Part shown: in pieces, positions 1 to 11,763 of the stretch
Position numbering within the stretch: the first letter of the stretch is position 1
How the letters are laid out: the number at the start of each line of letters is the position of its first letter
DNA from: Negaprion brevirostris
Taxonomy: Eukaryota
NCBI GenBank assembly: GCA_030324005.1
Contig: JARDVH010000025.1
Coordinates: 74,355,676 to 74,419,675, forward strand
Direction: 5' to 3'
DNA: 64,000 nt
Position numbers and translations under genes: made by a program
The notes under the pieces: model-generated
The model's database searches: none
What the model saw: the letters and a program-made list of their open reading frames with translations, nothing else
Told to the model about the DNA's origin: nothing

Positions 1-1104
1 AAGAGAATACTTGAGCAAAAGATCAAAAACAAGAGGGCTGAAACATCAAACTCATTTCAAACTCAAAACAGCTTTGAGCTTTATGCAGAAGCTACTGCAT
101 GACTTGCTAAGAGTTTCGAGCACTGCTTTAAGGTGTTTCAGATTCTTCCTCTTCTCATGTTGGCCAGGTTGTTAGTAACTTGGAATAGTTTTGTGTATGT
201 TTAATCAGGTTATTTATCTGGAGAGGTAGAAACTGTAGCCATCCTTCTGTAAAAGATAACATGCATAAAGTATCTAGGATTATATTCCAGACTCTCATGG
301 AATGATTCAACCAACTGCATCTTATAGTCAAATACAGATTTATGATAGCCATACTATTTTGTGTAATGAGTTGGCTCAACCTTTTGATTTATTAAATAAA
401 ACTGTAAAACAGTTTTGATATTGGAAAATAGTACCCTTTTTTGTTAGGAACCAAATATTAAGTTGATCAGCATTGCCTAGCAGCAACATTAGCAAAGATG
501 ACACTCAACTGGAATATACTCAGTAAATCAATAGCATTTGGCTAAGTAGGCAATGTCTGTTGCTTCAGTAACTTGCTTTATCAGTTTGTGGGATATAAAT
601 ACAAAAATATGATTCCGATTAATGCATCAAATCCTATAAATATCTCATAATTATGAAAATATATTCATTATTACGGAAAAATAATAAGGACATTTTTAAA
701 TGTCCGTATTTTCTAAGAGTGTGGTAAAGTTGAGGTCAACTAATAAAAGGTTGAACTGGGGAGAAAACAGAAGAGAAACAGCAGGTTGGGAATTCAGAGA
801 ATTTTAAATGACTCCAATTTAGGCTGGCAATCTATAGTTGCCTCCTTTGATGAATGTTTTAGATCAGTACTGTATAAACATATTCATGAAATAAACGGAC
901 TTACATTCATAGTAAACTTTGGACAGGAAAAGACTGCTCTAATGACCCTGTCCCAAACAGTCAATATTCAGTTTTCTTGTGATGAAGAAAGTGCCAAATG
1001 TTTGAACTTTTTATTGATATCTATACTCTATCATTTATGTTATCCTTCTGATGAGTTCTTCTGAACCTTTGGTTTAATACATTTCCTGTAATTTTGGTGT
1101 CAAA

Positions 1105-1790
1105 AACTAGATGCATTACTCCAGCAGTGGCCTCACCAATCTCTCTCAGAAATCCAGTATTATTTGTTTTTAATGTAGTGGGTATAAAATCCAGTCTCAC
1201 TTGTTATTTAGTGGGCTTTTCTACCTGCACTGCACTCCCACCTCCTCCCTGAAAGATCTTTTTCCATCCTTCACCTTTTAGGGCATGCTTTCACTTTTTT
1301 CTCCCTAACGAAACTACTTCACATTCCTTGTATCCAACTTGCCAACTCTAATCGTTCCCATTCATTGATCCCTAAACCTACCCATTCACTGATCTCTCTA
1401 AACTTGCCCATTCACTGATCTCTCTGTCTTCTTGTAGCCTCTTGTGTTTCTGTTCAATTAATCTTAATCCCTAAACTGAGCAAGATTGTCAGACAATTAA
1501 TATAATTCCTCTTCTGCCCAAGCTGAAATAAATTGTATAACTTAGACACAAACCTATGAACAGTGACACACAGGAAGGACCCTCTGGCTCATCTAAGCTG
1601 CGTATCACAATATATACACGCTCCACCTCACTGGAAAACATGCAATCTCTGGGGAGAGACAAAAAAAGCTCGGATAAAAAGGCCAGTTTGGGGGAAAATT
1701 ATCTGGTAAATTCATTCCTGATCCGTCTAGGTGATCAAAGCTAATGCAGGAGATCACTTTAACCCTAAATTCCTTGCAGGACCTCACTTC
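1105..1790 (-). mobile_element. Highly decayed CR1-like LINE 3' fragment(s)
   Basis: ATGCATTACTCCAGCAGTGGCCTCACCAA resembles the antisense of the CR1 C-terminal 'LVRPHLEYC' coding region. Includes a ~25-bp imperfect tandem triplication (CCCATTCACTGATCTCT) at ~1355-1430. Confidence 0.4.
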
Positions 1791-2083
1791 TGGAATTCCT
1801 TGATGCAACATGAACTGCCACATGTTTCTGAATAGTACCAGTTATCCATTATTGTCCTGAAATGTAACAATTTCGTACTGTTAATTTACATCCTGAGATT
1901 CCTATTTAAACCACCAAAATTCCATGCATTTTATTTAGGGAGCAGGTGTTAATGTTGCAGCATTTTAAAGCCTTTAAATTGCACAATGGAATTGTTGCGC
2001 ACAGACATATTTAAAAGAAATGCTTCCTTTGCTATTTTAACAAAGAAACTAAATTGTTTCAAATACACATATCAATAGCACGC

Positions 2084-2816
2084 TGACAACACAGAATCAG
2101 CTAAGGGCTGAGAGAACAGTAGTCAGGTTGTGTCACCTGTTTAGGTTTAGACCCTGACCCCAAAGAGGCACCACATAGATGAAGAAGCAGATGGAATCAA
2201 TGATAGATCTTGGAAAATCTCCCAAGGTGATGGTGTGGGGCAGGAAGAGACACCAGGTGGAATTCTCCCAAACAAATGCATTCAGCATTTGCGCACAACT
2301 GTTCCAAAGCACAATTTCAGTACCTAAAGTTTCTGCATCATGTCAATTGACAAAGTGAATGATGCACACTCTTCAAACTAAGCATAGCAGGCATTAAAGA
2401 TTGGAGGGACAATTGAATGATCTGGAGCTTTTGATGGAGAACAGTGGTCACAAGGAAGATATCTTGGGAAACTGCAGGTAGCAAACTTCCAACCATTCAT
2501 TTTAATAAATGGAGTATCATCAGTAATTTTCTGACCTGCCTTGGTGGGCATCGATGGAAGATCCCATTGGCATGAAACCGAATTCTGGGCCTTACACAAT
2601 ATTCTCCCCTCACATTCGCCATAGAACCCACCAAATTCAATGAATTCCACCCGGTTTCCCTACACCATCACCTCTGGAGTTTTTCCAAGATCTATCACTG
2701 ACTCCATCCACTTCCTCATCTACATGGTGCCTCTTTGGGATCAGGATCTAAACATAAACTGTTGACACAATGCGGGACCTTACCACTGTTCTCTCTTCAC
2801 TGATTCTGTGCTGTCA
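2084..2816. mobile_element. Foldback / long-TIR non-autonomous DNA element (arms ~2084-2265 and ~2642-2816)
   Basis: Arms are reverse complements over ~175 bp, e.g. CCCAAAGAGGCACCA/TGGTGCCTCTTTGGG and TGATAGATCTTGGAAAA/TTTTCCAAGATCTATCA. The right end abuts an N gap. Confidence 0.75.
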
Positions 2817-2859
2817 NNNNNNNNTATAGACAGGTTTGACTGTATCAGGGTTTTTTCTT

Positions 2860-3510
2860 TCTTCTAAACATTGGGAATACCATCTTCCCCATCATTAAGA
2901 CTGCACACTTCCTCATGCCTCCGATCATGCCTAACATGGTTCCTTTGTTGCTGAAATCTTCATGACTTTGTCATCTTCAAATTCACCAATTCAGTATTCT
3001 CATGGCTGGTTCTCATTCTTGCATAGAGTTTAGTTGTTTCAGAACTTTGATGTATACATCCTACCCAACACAAAGTCTGCTCGTTCATCATCCTATCCTT
3101 GCTGACTTACATTACATTCTTGTTTCTAAACATTTGAAATGTAAATTCTTATCCTTATGTTTCATTTTCTCCGTAGCCTTGCCCCTCTGAATCTGTAAAC
3201 TCAATACTATTATGCTCCCCCTCTCCCTGACCCCGGCAACTCATGACATGTTTCCTTCTTGTGACTTCAGGCTCTTGCAGATCCTACCTCCCTTTACCCC
3301 ACCATTTGTGGCTGCCCTCAAATCACTATAGGCTCACATTTTACAGTAAACCTCCTGAACCATTCATAATGCTTCTCTAAACCTTCTTCCCTCCTAATAT
3401 TTTGAAGGTCTCAGGAAATATTGGTTTCTTTACACCGCTGTGAAGTATATTGAGTGTTTTGTAGATTAATAACATAACATTAATGTAAATGTAAGTTTTT
3501 ATTGTTGATT
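2860..3510 (+). mobile_element. L2-clade LINE 3' fragment (decayed)
   Basis: CCTATCCTTGCTGACTTACATT encodes PILADLH, matching the L2 ORF2 C-terminal 'PVLADLHWLP' motif; GTAAATGTAAGTT-type tail. Confidence 0.6.
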
Positions 3511-3529
3511 AAATAGTCTGCTGTTCAGC

Positions 3530-4078
3530 CATTTTATTGCCTGTCTGTACCCCTGCCTCAGCTCATCTGCTGCTGAAACCTTCAACCACGCTTTTTGCTA
3601 CTTCTAAACTTGACTATTCCAAAGTTCATCTTCCTGTCCTCCCAAATTCTACACTCATCATACCCCAACCCCCAGTAACCTTGAGTTCCTCAAAAACTCT
3701 GCTGGCCATGCTGTAAGTCATACAAAGTCCCATTCTCCCATTACTCCTACACTTGCTGACCTACATTGGTTCCGGGTCCAACAATGCCTTGATTTCAAAA
3801 TTCTCATTGTTGCTTTCCTCTGACCTTTTCCTTCCCTACCTCTGTAATCTCCTCCAGCCCTGTAACCCTCTGAAATCTTTCCAGCCCTCCAAGTCTGGCC
3901 TCTTGACCTTAATTGCTCCACCATTGCCGATTGTGACTTCAGCTGCCAAGGCTTAAGCCTTTCTGCCTCCTCTTAGTTGCTTCTTAAAACTTACCTCTTT
4001 TATTTTTTGCTTTTTGCTCACCTGTCCAAATATCCCCCAATGTGGATTGGTATTAAATTTTGTTTGAGGTTGTTGTTA
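3530..4078 (+). mobile_element. L2-clade LINE 3' fragment
   Basis: Frame-disrupted motifs TSKLDYS, NSA, SPITPTLADLHW, DFKIL typical of the L2 ORF2 C-terminus. Confidence 0.75.
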
Positions 4079-5001
4079 CTGCACAAATCCCTAGGGTAAA
4101 TTCCTTCAAACTCCTCACCACCAGTGTTTACAGAATATTTTGTGCAGACACAAATGTTCAAGCAACAATTTTCAAAATAAGCTGTGTGAGGTCAGATCTC
4201 TGCAGTCTAGCGCAGGCCCCCTGAACAGTGGGCACCTTTATCTTTAAGCTCTGCTGTTCCTTATTACTTAGAGCCAGTCATTCATCCTGTAGTACATTCT
4301 CAGACACGCTGCATATATCAAGTCTTGTTTAGCTATGCTGATGCTTTGTGAAAGTAAATATCACCAGCTGTGATAAGGACACATTGCTTGGGACCCAAGC
4401 TGTACTGTCACTTTTCTCTTGTGGTCATTGAAAAGAAGAACAATTAGTCAAATAAGCTCTTTCTGCCTCCACTTTCCTTATAATACTCTGTGTGAAATTA
4501 CTGGAGCCTTGTGTATCATTGACTGAGCAGGTGAGGGAACCAGATTAGGGAAGAACAAGAGGGTATGTCATGGATCTTAGGTGAGGCCTTCAACTTCAAC
4601 ATGCCCTACTCTCTTGATGCTCTTGTACTCAATGTGTTCATGGTAGCCTCCTCAAAAAGGGTCCAGAGCTTTTACTGTTTTAGACTCTTGTCAGTTTGAC
4701 CCCATAATCTGAAAATGGAGCAGTCATGACAATTTTGCAGGTTTGCATGACACAGCGCTTCCTTCCCAGTTCATCACATGTGGTATCAAAAAAACCTACA
4801 TCATGCACCTGGCCTGTTTTACGAAGAGTTCGTGCATGAGGCACCTTTAAATTATTTTGATGCTCACAGTATGATTCATACTCAAATTTATTGAGGGCGA
4901 AATTGGATAATCCTGAAAAACCATGCTGAGATCCCAATGGATGTGCAATTAACTCTCATCCTTTCAATGTAATGCAGGCTAAGCTGCTGCCTTCTTATTT
5001 T

Positions 5002-5290
5002 CATAGAATCCCTACAGTGCAGAAGGAGTCCGCATCCACTCTCTGAAAGAACATTTTACCCAGGAACACATCTATCCTGTAGCTCCACACATATCCCGTG
5101 GCTAATCCATCTAACCATCTTGGGACACCTGGGGTAATTTAGCATAACCTGCACATCTTTGGACTGTAGGAAGAAACTGGAGCATATGAAGGAAACTCAT
5201 GCGGAAGCTGGGAGAACGTGGGAAGTCCACACAGTCACCCAAGGCAGGAATTGAACCCAGGTTCCCTGCCACTATGAGGCAACAGTGATA
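5002..5290 (-). mobile_element. HE1-like (V-SINE) tRNA-derived SINE
   Basis: Antisense of the B-box GGGTTCAATTCC, the core CCAAAGATGTGCAGGTTA and the CR1-like tail CTGCACTGTAGGGATTCTATG; homologous to 57753-58070. Confidence 0.8.
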
Positions 5291-7789
5291 ATTCCTGTAC
5301 TATCATTGCAGCCAATAGAATGATTGTTCATACAGCCAGCACTGTTTTTGGCTACACATATTGTAAGAAGCCAAAATGTTAACTTCCTACAGCTATTTAA
5401 AGCTAGTTTGTACCCCTTATAGGGGAGATGCATTGTGGCTGGAACAGTTGCTGCCAAACATACAGGGAGTGAGTATGACTTTGGAAGCAGAGAAGTATGG
5501 CACAGTATGGGAGAGAGAACAGAATTTGATGTTTTTTGGTGCTGCACGGGAGCCTAGAGAGAAAAGGTAGAAAGGTAGAGAGATGTCTGCTGCTGTGGGG
5601 AGCAGGGGGCCATTCAAAATATGTGGTTAAAAGGTAGTGGGAGCAGATAGCCATGGACTCAAAACCTCAAGAACCTGGATGCAGTGACCTTACACAAGTG
5701 GTCAAGATCAATGAATATATTTACAAATACCATATGCCACCAACCTCGGATACTATATATACCATAATAAGATATGGTATTAGCCTCGGATACTGCTCAG
5801 ATCATAAACCATCATTCGCCCTACCAACCATCTTGATAAGTTAGGACCAATGTTCTCTTGAAAACTTAATTGCGTGTGGTCAGTTGTACCTAATCCTGCT
5901 TCTCGATTTGTTTACCCACTTCATCCCAAACCGTGTCTGATTTTTAAACTGCAGATGGTGTAAGCATGTTCCTCTTGCTTTCCTCTGCTTATTGCACCAC
6001 AACTTTTACCATTGTCTGTTCAGATACTCAGAAGTTATAACCTGGCCAGGCAATGGAGAAACACCAAGTAGGGAGCTATGATCAAGACACAGCAGCATCC
6101 CTCGATTTCACACTCTCAGCCAATATTTCACTCTGCCTCAGATTGATACTGCATGTAATTTAGAAGAACAGTTGTAGACAGGGTCGGCAAGTGATGAGAC
6201 ATTGGGCATGGCTGGGCTGCATGTGCACTAACATTCTCACTAATATGGTGTCTGATGTTATTCATCCTGCAGTTGTGCACACATGCTACAAATGCAAGTT
6301 CGGAATTCTACTGACAGTTACCAAAAATCGGCATTAATGAGCACTGTTTTTCAACCGTTATAGTTCTCCCTATCTTCGTAGTGTCCGCACTTCTGGTGGA
6401 TGTTTGACAAGCAAACTCTATTAAAGCCTTAACTTTAATTTCTTGAGGCCAGTCATCTTTTTGCCGATGTATTTTCAGGTTCAGTGTTTTCTTGGGACTA
6501 CAGCTGAATTTCACATATTGCTCATACATGTGTGCAACCCACACACACCCCTCCCCCATCCCCATATTGCAAGAACATGCCAGCTGTTGATGGACCCCGC
6601 AAAAATGGCACACCACACTGCAATAATGCACTGGCAGTGGGCCACACAGGCCGAGAGTCAGACTTCCGGCCCTTGGTGTGGGGAAAAGTCCTAGCCTTAA
6701 GCTCAGTCCCAGCAGCACCAGAACTCCATATTGGGTGCTGCTGGGACTGCAGACAGACCCACAAAGAAGAGAAAATGGACCCCAAAGCTAGGCAAGTCTG
6801 GCCTTTTCAGGTGGGATGGGGTGGGATTGGGCAGCCAGGTTGAGGAGGTGATGTATTGTGGAGGAAAGCATTTGGAGGCCAGACACGGAGGGATAAAGGG
6901 AGTTAATGCCATGGGGGGATGCCCCGATGCACAAATTGCACCGTCTCCCCATCTCAAATACTGTGGTTTCTCCCTTTTACAGAAATGATTTTTCAAAAAC
7001 AGACTTCCCGTTGCTGCCATCTCACAGCCACTCTGAGGAACAGGCAGTGTGAAAAATAAGTGCTGTGGCTTGGTAGCAACCTCAATTGCTCACTAATTAT
7101 TCACTTCACTATGTCAGGTAAGTTGCTGATTTTGGCACCCATCTTATTCTGGGGACCAGGTCAGGGATAGGTGGGAAGGCTTGCCGCCCCTTATCATTTA
7201 CTTGCAATTCTAAGGAGCTGCATCTAACAAGGAGTCAACAACTTTACAATAGAAGAGAGAGGAAGAACTGGTAATATGTTTTTATGTAGGAACCAATAAG
7301 TCTGACTCCAAAGATTTTTTTCTCCAGGAGCACAAGCAGTATTGTATTTTTTGCAGTAAGCACGTGCACATTTTGGATCTAAAAAAGTTTCAAAAGTTGA
7401 GTTTAGGAGTAGTATAAAAAGTAAAATGTTTATTAACACTGCTAGTGACACTGACAGCCTATTAATGATGATATATCTACTGAACTGTTTTAATATTCGG
7501 CAATATTGGTGGTCGATTTTAACCAAAAAGCTACGTTTAGAAAATGCAATAATTCATTTTCTTCAAAATCAAATGTCAAGTTGTTGTCACTGGATTTGAA
7601 TTCACAATTGGGACTAAGCCTCAACATTATCACTGGCCTATAAGTATTTATTTGGAGAAATTATTATTTTGAGCGGTAAAATTATTGTTTTTACAACAGT
7701 TCTCCCTCGGCCATGTAAAAAGCTAATTGGATTCACAGGCAAATAATTACAGTGTTTCTATTTTACCATCATTAACAAACAAATTAAAG

Positions 7790-7896
7790 GCATAAAACAA
7801 AAGCGAAACACTGCTGATGTTGGGAAATCTGAATAAAAAACAGGAAATGCTTGAAATACTCAGTGGGCTAGACAGCGTCTATGGATAGAGAAACAA
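7790..7896 (-). mobile_element. Penelope-type 3'/pLTR tail fragment
   Basis: Antisense reads ...CTGAGTATTTCAAGCATTTCCTGTTTTTTATTCAGATTTCCCAACATC...; same tail as 20480-20540 and 34470-34514. Confidence 0.6.
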
Positions 7897-8104
7897 AATG
7901 GGAAGTATTTTCTTTATGGCGTGCCATTCTCGATGGCGGAATTGGAAATGGATGGCACTTCCGCACTCAAGAAGGGAGCTGATTCCCATATAAATATAAC
8001 TAAAATTTAAAATGCTGGTTGCATGCACATGTGATCATACAGCAAGGGTGCATATTTATTGATGAATCCCGTCTTCAAATTGGGCTGGGGCTTTAAAACG
8101 TTCT

Positions 8105-8850
8105 GGGTAGATTGAACCAGGGCAGGACTTACTCACTTAATGATAGCGCATTGTGAAGAGTTATAGAACAAAAAGATCTAGGGGTACAGGTTCATAGCTC
8201 CTTGAAAGTGAAGTCCCAGGTGGACATGAAGAAGAAAGCATTCGGCATGCTTGGTTTCATTGGTCAGAACATTGAACACAGGACTTGGAACATCTTGAAG
8301 TTGTACAAGACATTGGTAAGGCCACACTTGAAATCCTGTGTACAATTCTGGCCTCCCTATTGTAGAAAAGATATTATTAAACCAGAAAGAGCACTGAAAA
8401 GATTTACTAGGATGCTACCAGGACTAGATAGTTTGAGCTTAAGGAAAGGCTGGATAGACTAGGACTCTTCTGGAGCATAGGAGGCTTAGGGTTGATCTTA
8501 TAGACGTCTATAAAATAATGGGGCACAGATGGGTAGATAGTCAACATTTTTTTCCCAAAGGTAGGGGAGTCTAAAACCAGAGGGCATAGGTTTAAGGTGT
8601 GAGGGAACAAATACAAAAGGGTCCTGAGGGGCATTTTTTTCCCCTGAGGTGAGTGTCTGGAATGAGCTGCCAGAGGCAGTTTCAATTTTGTCTTTTAAAA
8701 AGCATTTAGACAGTTACATGGGTAAGGTTGGTATAGAGGGATATGGGCCAAGCACAAGTAATTGGGACTAGCTTAATGTTAAAAACTGGGCTGCATGGAC
8801 AAGTTAGTCCAAAGAGCCTATTTCTATGCTGTATACCTCTATGACTATAT
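8105..8850 (+). mobile_element. CR1 LINE, 5'-truncated
   Basis: ORF 8202-8462 contains LYKTLVRPHLKSCVQFWPPY (CR1 ORF2 C-terminus), then TRGHRFKV and a CTCTATGACT tail. Confidence 0.9.
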
Positions 8851-9399
8851 ATGTGAAACGCTTCAAAAAAATGTTCAAGCAAAGTTAAAATGGTACACCC
8901 TACTAATGAACTATGATTGACTATGCCAAGTGAGCGGGAAGAATCATAGCTAGAGTTGCTCTTTAGTACCATGTAATATAACAATTGCGCTGAAGCAAGT
9001 TAAATAGGTTAGAACAAGTCAGCTGAACAACTTACGAGTAGTAACAATGAAATGGGCCAAGCCATCATTAAATAAGTTAAAAGGTAAATACGTGTCTTTA
9101 ATTGATCCATAATACCAATTTCACATTTAGGGAACAAGTTGAACACCCACACTCCCCCCACCCTGCCAGAATGGCACACAGTCATGCCCAATTCTGCATT
9201 TGCAGCCTCATTAAATATGCATAAGCAAGTATCTCTCCAAATCTTCTAACAAATCAAGAGCTGATTTGTCCGTCCTTCATCAGCTGGTGAGTTTGAAAAT
9301 TCAGCTGCCATACTTCAGCATCAACACAATATATTTATATCACTCTTTCCAGCCCACTTGACTTCATGAGATGCTGCAGGATTTCAGCAACCCAAAGGC

Positions 9400-10937
9400 A
9401 AAGGTTAGCTGCCTAAAGAAGAAGGCCATATCCCTTTACAACCATCATGCTCTCGAGGCTTTGATTCAAGGAGTAGAGACATGTCCTCTACCCCAGGGAT
9501 GGCTCAAGGAAGCACAGCACTTCCTGAGCCTAGGAGGCCAATGCCAGGAGGTCAGTAGAGCTGGCAACCACACCAGAAGTGTTGTCCAATGCAGAAAGCA
9601 GATGAATGATCTCATCTGCACCACCCGGGTAGGTCCTCTTTCAACTTCCCCCAACATCAAACTCTCAGATGGCATCATGTACTCAAATGGCTACTCTTTT
9701 CAAGGATCACACACATCCATTTGTGGGAGAAACATATCAACACTCATGCTTTCACAGACACTTTCACAACACCACCATCCCATCTGTTATGTTGTTCAAA
9801 CTCCATCATCCAATCCTTCTATTGGAGGGTTTACCACACACAGTGAACATGCATTTAACCCTCCTCTGCTCCATCCTCTGATTACATGTCTTTTTGTTTT
9901 CATACAGAGCAAGCTGACACACAAAAATCTGAGCAAGAACAGATCAGGGCAGGGAGGGCAGAGATTATTGCCCTCACAGAATTCAAGGAGGCTGCAGTCA
10001 AACTTGCTGTGAAGGACAGGGATCAGTTCTGTGATGATGGGGAGATTGGCCTCTCCTAGCAACTGAGTATGGATCACAGCTCCATCACTTCATAAAATCC
10101 TGACAATCACAGTGTGTCAGATATAGTCTGAAATAGTTTTAGTTCATCCACTAGAACTATCACTTATTTCTTGTAGGCACAAGCAGATCGAGGCAATTAA
10201 TGCAGCTGAACAGATGTGGGGGATCATGACGAGCCATCATAGAACCTCACCCATATTCTCCATGTAGAAACATGCACCTCAGTGGGGCATAGCTCTAGAT
10301 TAGATTGGAGTCACTTTCTGATTAACACTTCACAAACACATCCCCACAGCAGTCAGAGGCAGGCACAGCCCAGGTCCCCAGCACTTAAAGGGCTACTGAA
10401 GACCAGCACCTGCTTAGTCCCAGTCAGATGATGAGTCCTTGGAAGTAGCTGCCAGACCACTTGTAATGAAGCAATAGTAGATAGCAGAACATCAGCAGAG
10501 ATTTGACAGTCACTCAACAGACTAGAGCAAATGATGGAGAAATCCATCCACATTCCATCTGATGTCTTGGTTTTGTCATGCGAGTTCCTTGAGGCCACCA
10601 TGGGAAGATTGACGACTATCATGGAGATCTTGGTCCAGCAGGTCTTGCTGGATTTGCTCTAAGTCCTGCACTCCACGGTCAGACACTCTGATGTGCATCA
10701 TCAGGATGTCAGCAATATGAGGACAAGGCACTTTGACCTCCCTCCAGGCACCTCATCTCCTGCAGGAGTCAGATCAAGGCACTTCTGGAACCCAAAGGGA
10801 GGATGAGAATCAGCCGGGCCCCTGTGGGCTTCCACTGATGACACTCCAATGTGCAACTATTCAGAATCCCCTCTGCCTCTGCCCATACCCACTCCAGCAA
10901 TACAAGCCTCTGAAGGTACTTCTGCCCTGAGCAAGAG
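9400..10937 (+). pseudogene. Decayed PIF/Harbinger-type Myb/SANT DNA-binding gene (transposon remnant with introns)
   Basis: ALEALIQGVE...EVSRAGNHTRSVVQCRKQMNDL fits the Myb/SANT-like (trihelix) domain. GT donor at 9629, AG acceptors ending 9907 and 10176; frameshifted. Confidence 0.65.
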
Positions 10938-11059
10938 ATGATGTGGATGTGCCGGCGTTAGACTGGGGTAAACACAGTAAAGAGTCTGACAACACCAGGT
11001 TTTAGTCCAACCGATTTATTTGATAGTAAACTCACAAGCTTTCGAGGGGACTCCCTCTT
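10938..11059 (-). mobile_element. Penelope-type pLTR fragment with partial hammerhead motif (cut by 100-N gap)
   Basis: Homologous to 52233-52357 and 58724-58845. Minus strand reads AA-GAGGG-AGTC-CCCTC-GAAA-GCTT-GTGA, followed by AATAAA. Confidence 0.7.
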
Positions 11060-11159
11060 NNNNNNNNNNNNNNNNNNNNNNNNNNNNNNNNNNNNNNNNN
11101 NNNNNNNNNNNNNNNNNNNNNNNNNNNNNNNNNNNNNNNNNNNNNNNNNNNNNNNNNNN

Positions 11160-11763
11160 GGTCAAAACATTGAATACAGGAGTTGGGACATCTTATTGAA
11201 GTTGTACAAGACATTGCTGAGGCCACACTTGGAATACTGTGTGCAGTTCTGGTCACCGTACAGTAGAAAGGATATTATTAAACTAGAAAGAGTGCAGAAA
11301 AGATTTGCTGGAATGCTACCAGGACTTGATGGTGAATTATCAAGAGAGGTTGGATAGACTGGGACTTTTTTCCCTGGGAGTGTTGGAGGCTTTGGGGTGA
11401 TCTTAAAGAAGTTTATAAATAATGAGGGGCAGAGATAAGGTAGATAGCCAACACCTTTTCCCAAAGGTCAGGGAGTCTAAAACTAGAGGGCACAGATTTA
11501 AGGTGAGAGGGGAGAGATACAGAAGTGTCCAGAGGGGCAATATTTCTCCCACAGAGGGTGGTGAGTGTCTGGAACGAGCTGCCAGAGGTAGTAGTAGAGG
11601 TGGATACAATTTTGTCTTTTAAAAAGCATTCAGACAGTTCCATAGGTAAGATTGATATAGAGGGATGTGGGTCAAATTTGGGCTTAGTGGTTAAAACTGG
11701 ATAGCATGGACAAGTTGGGCCTAAGGGACTGTATTCATGCTGTAGACCTCTATGACTCTGTGA
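11160..11763 (+). mobile_element. CR1 LINE 3' fragment (same family as 8105-8850)
   Basis: Encodes LYKTLLRPHLEYCVQFWSP and FPKVRESKTRGHRFKVRG; CTCTATGACTCT tail. Confidence 0.9.

Noticed and set aside
6308-7020. Cluster of overlapping ORFs on both strands
   Set aside because: Explained by locally higher GC in a probable old repeat; no domain recognised.
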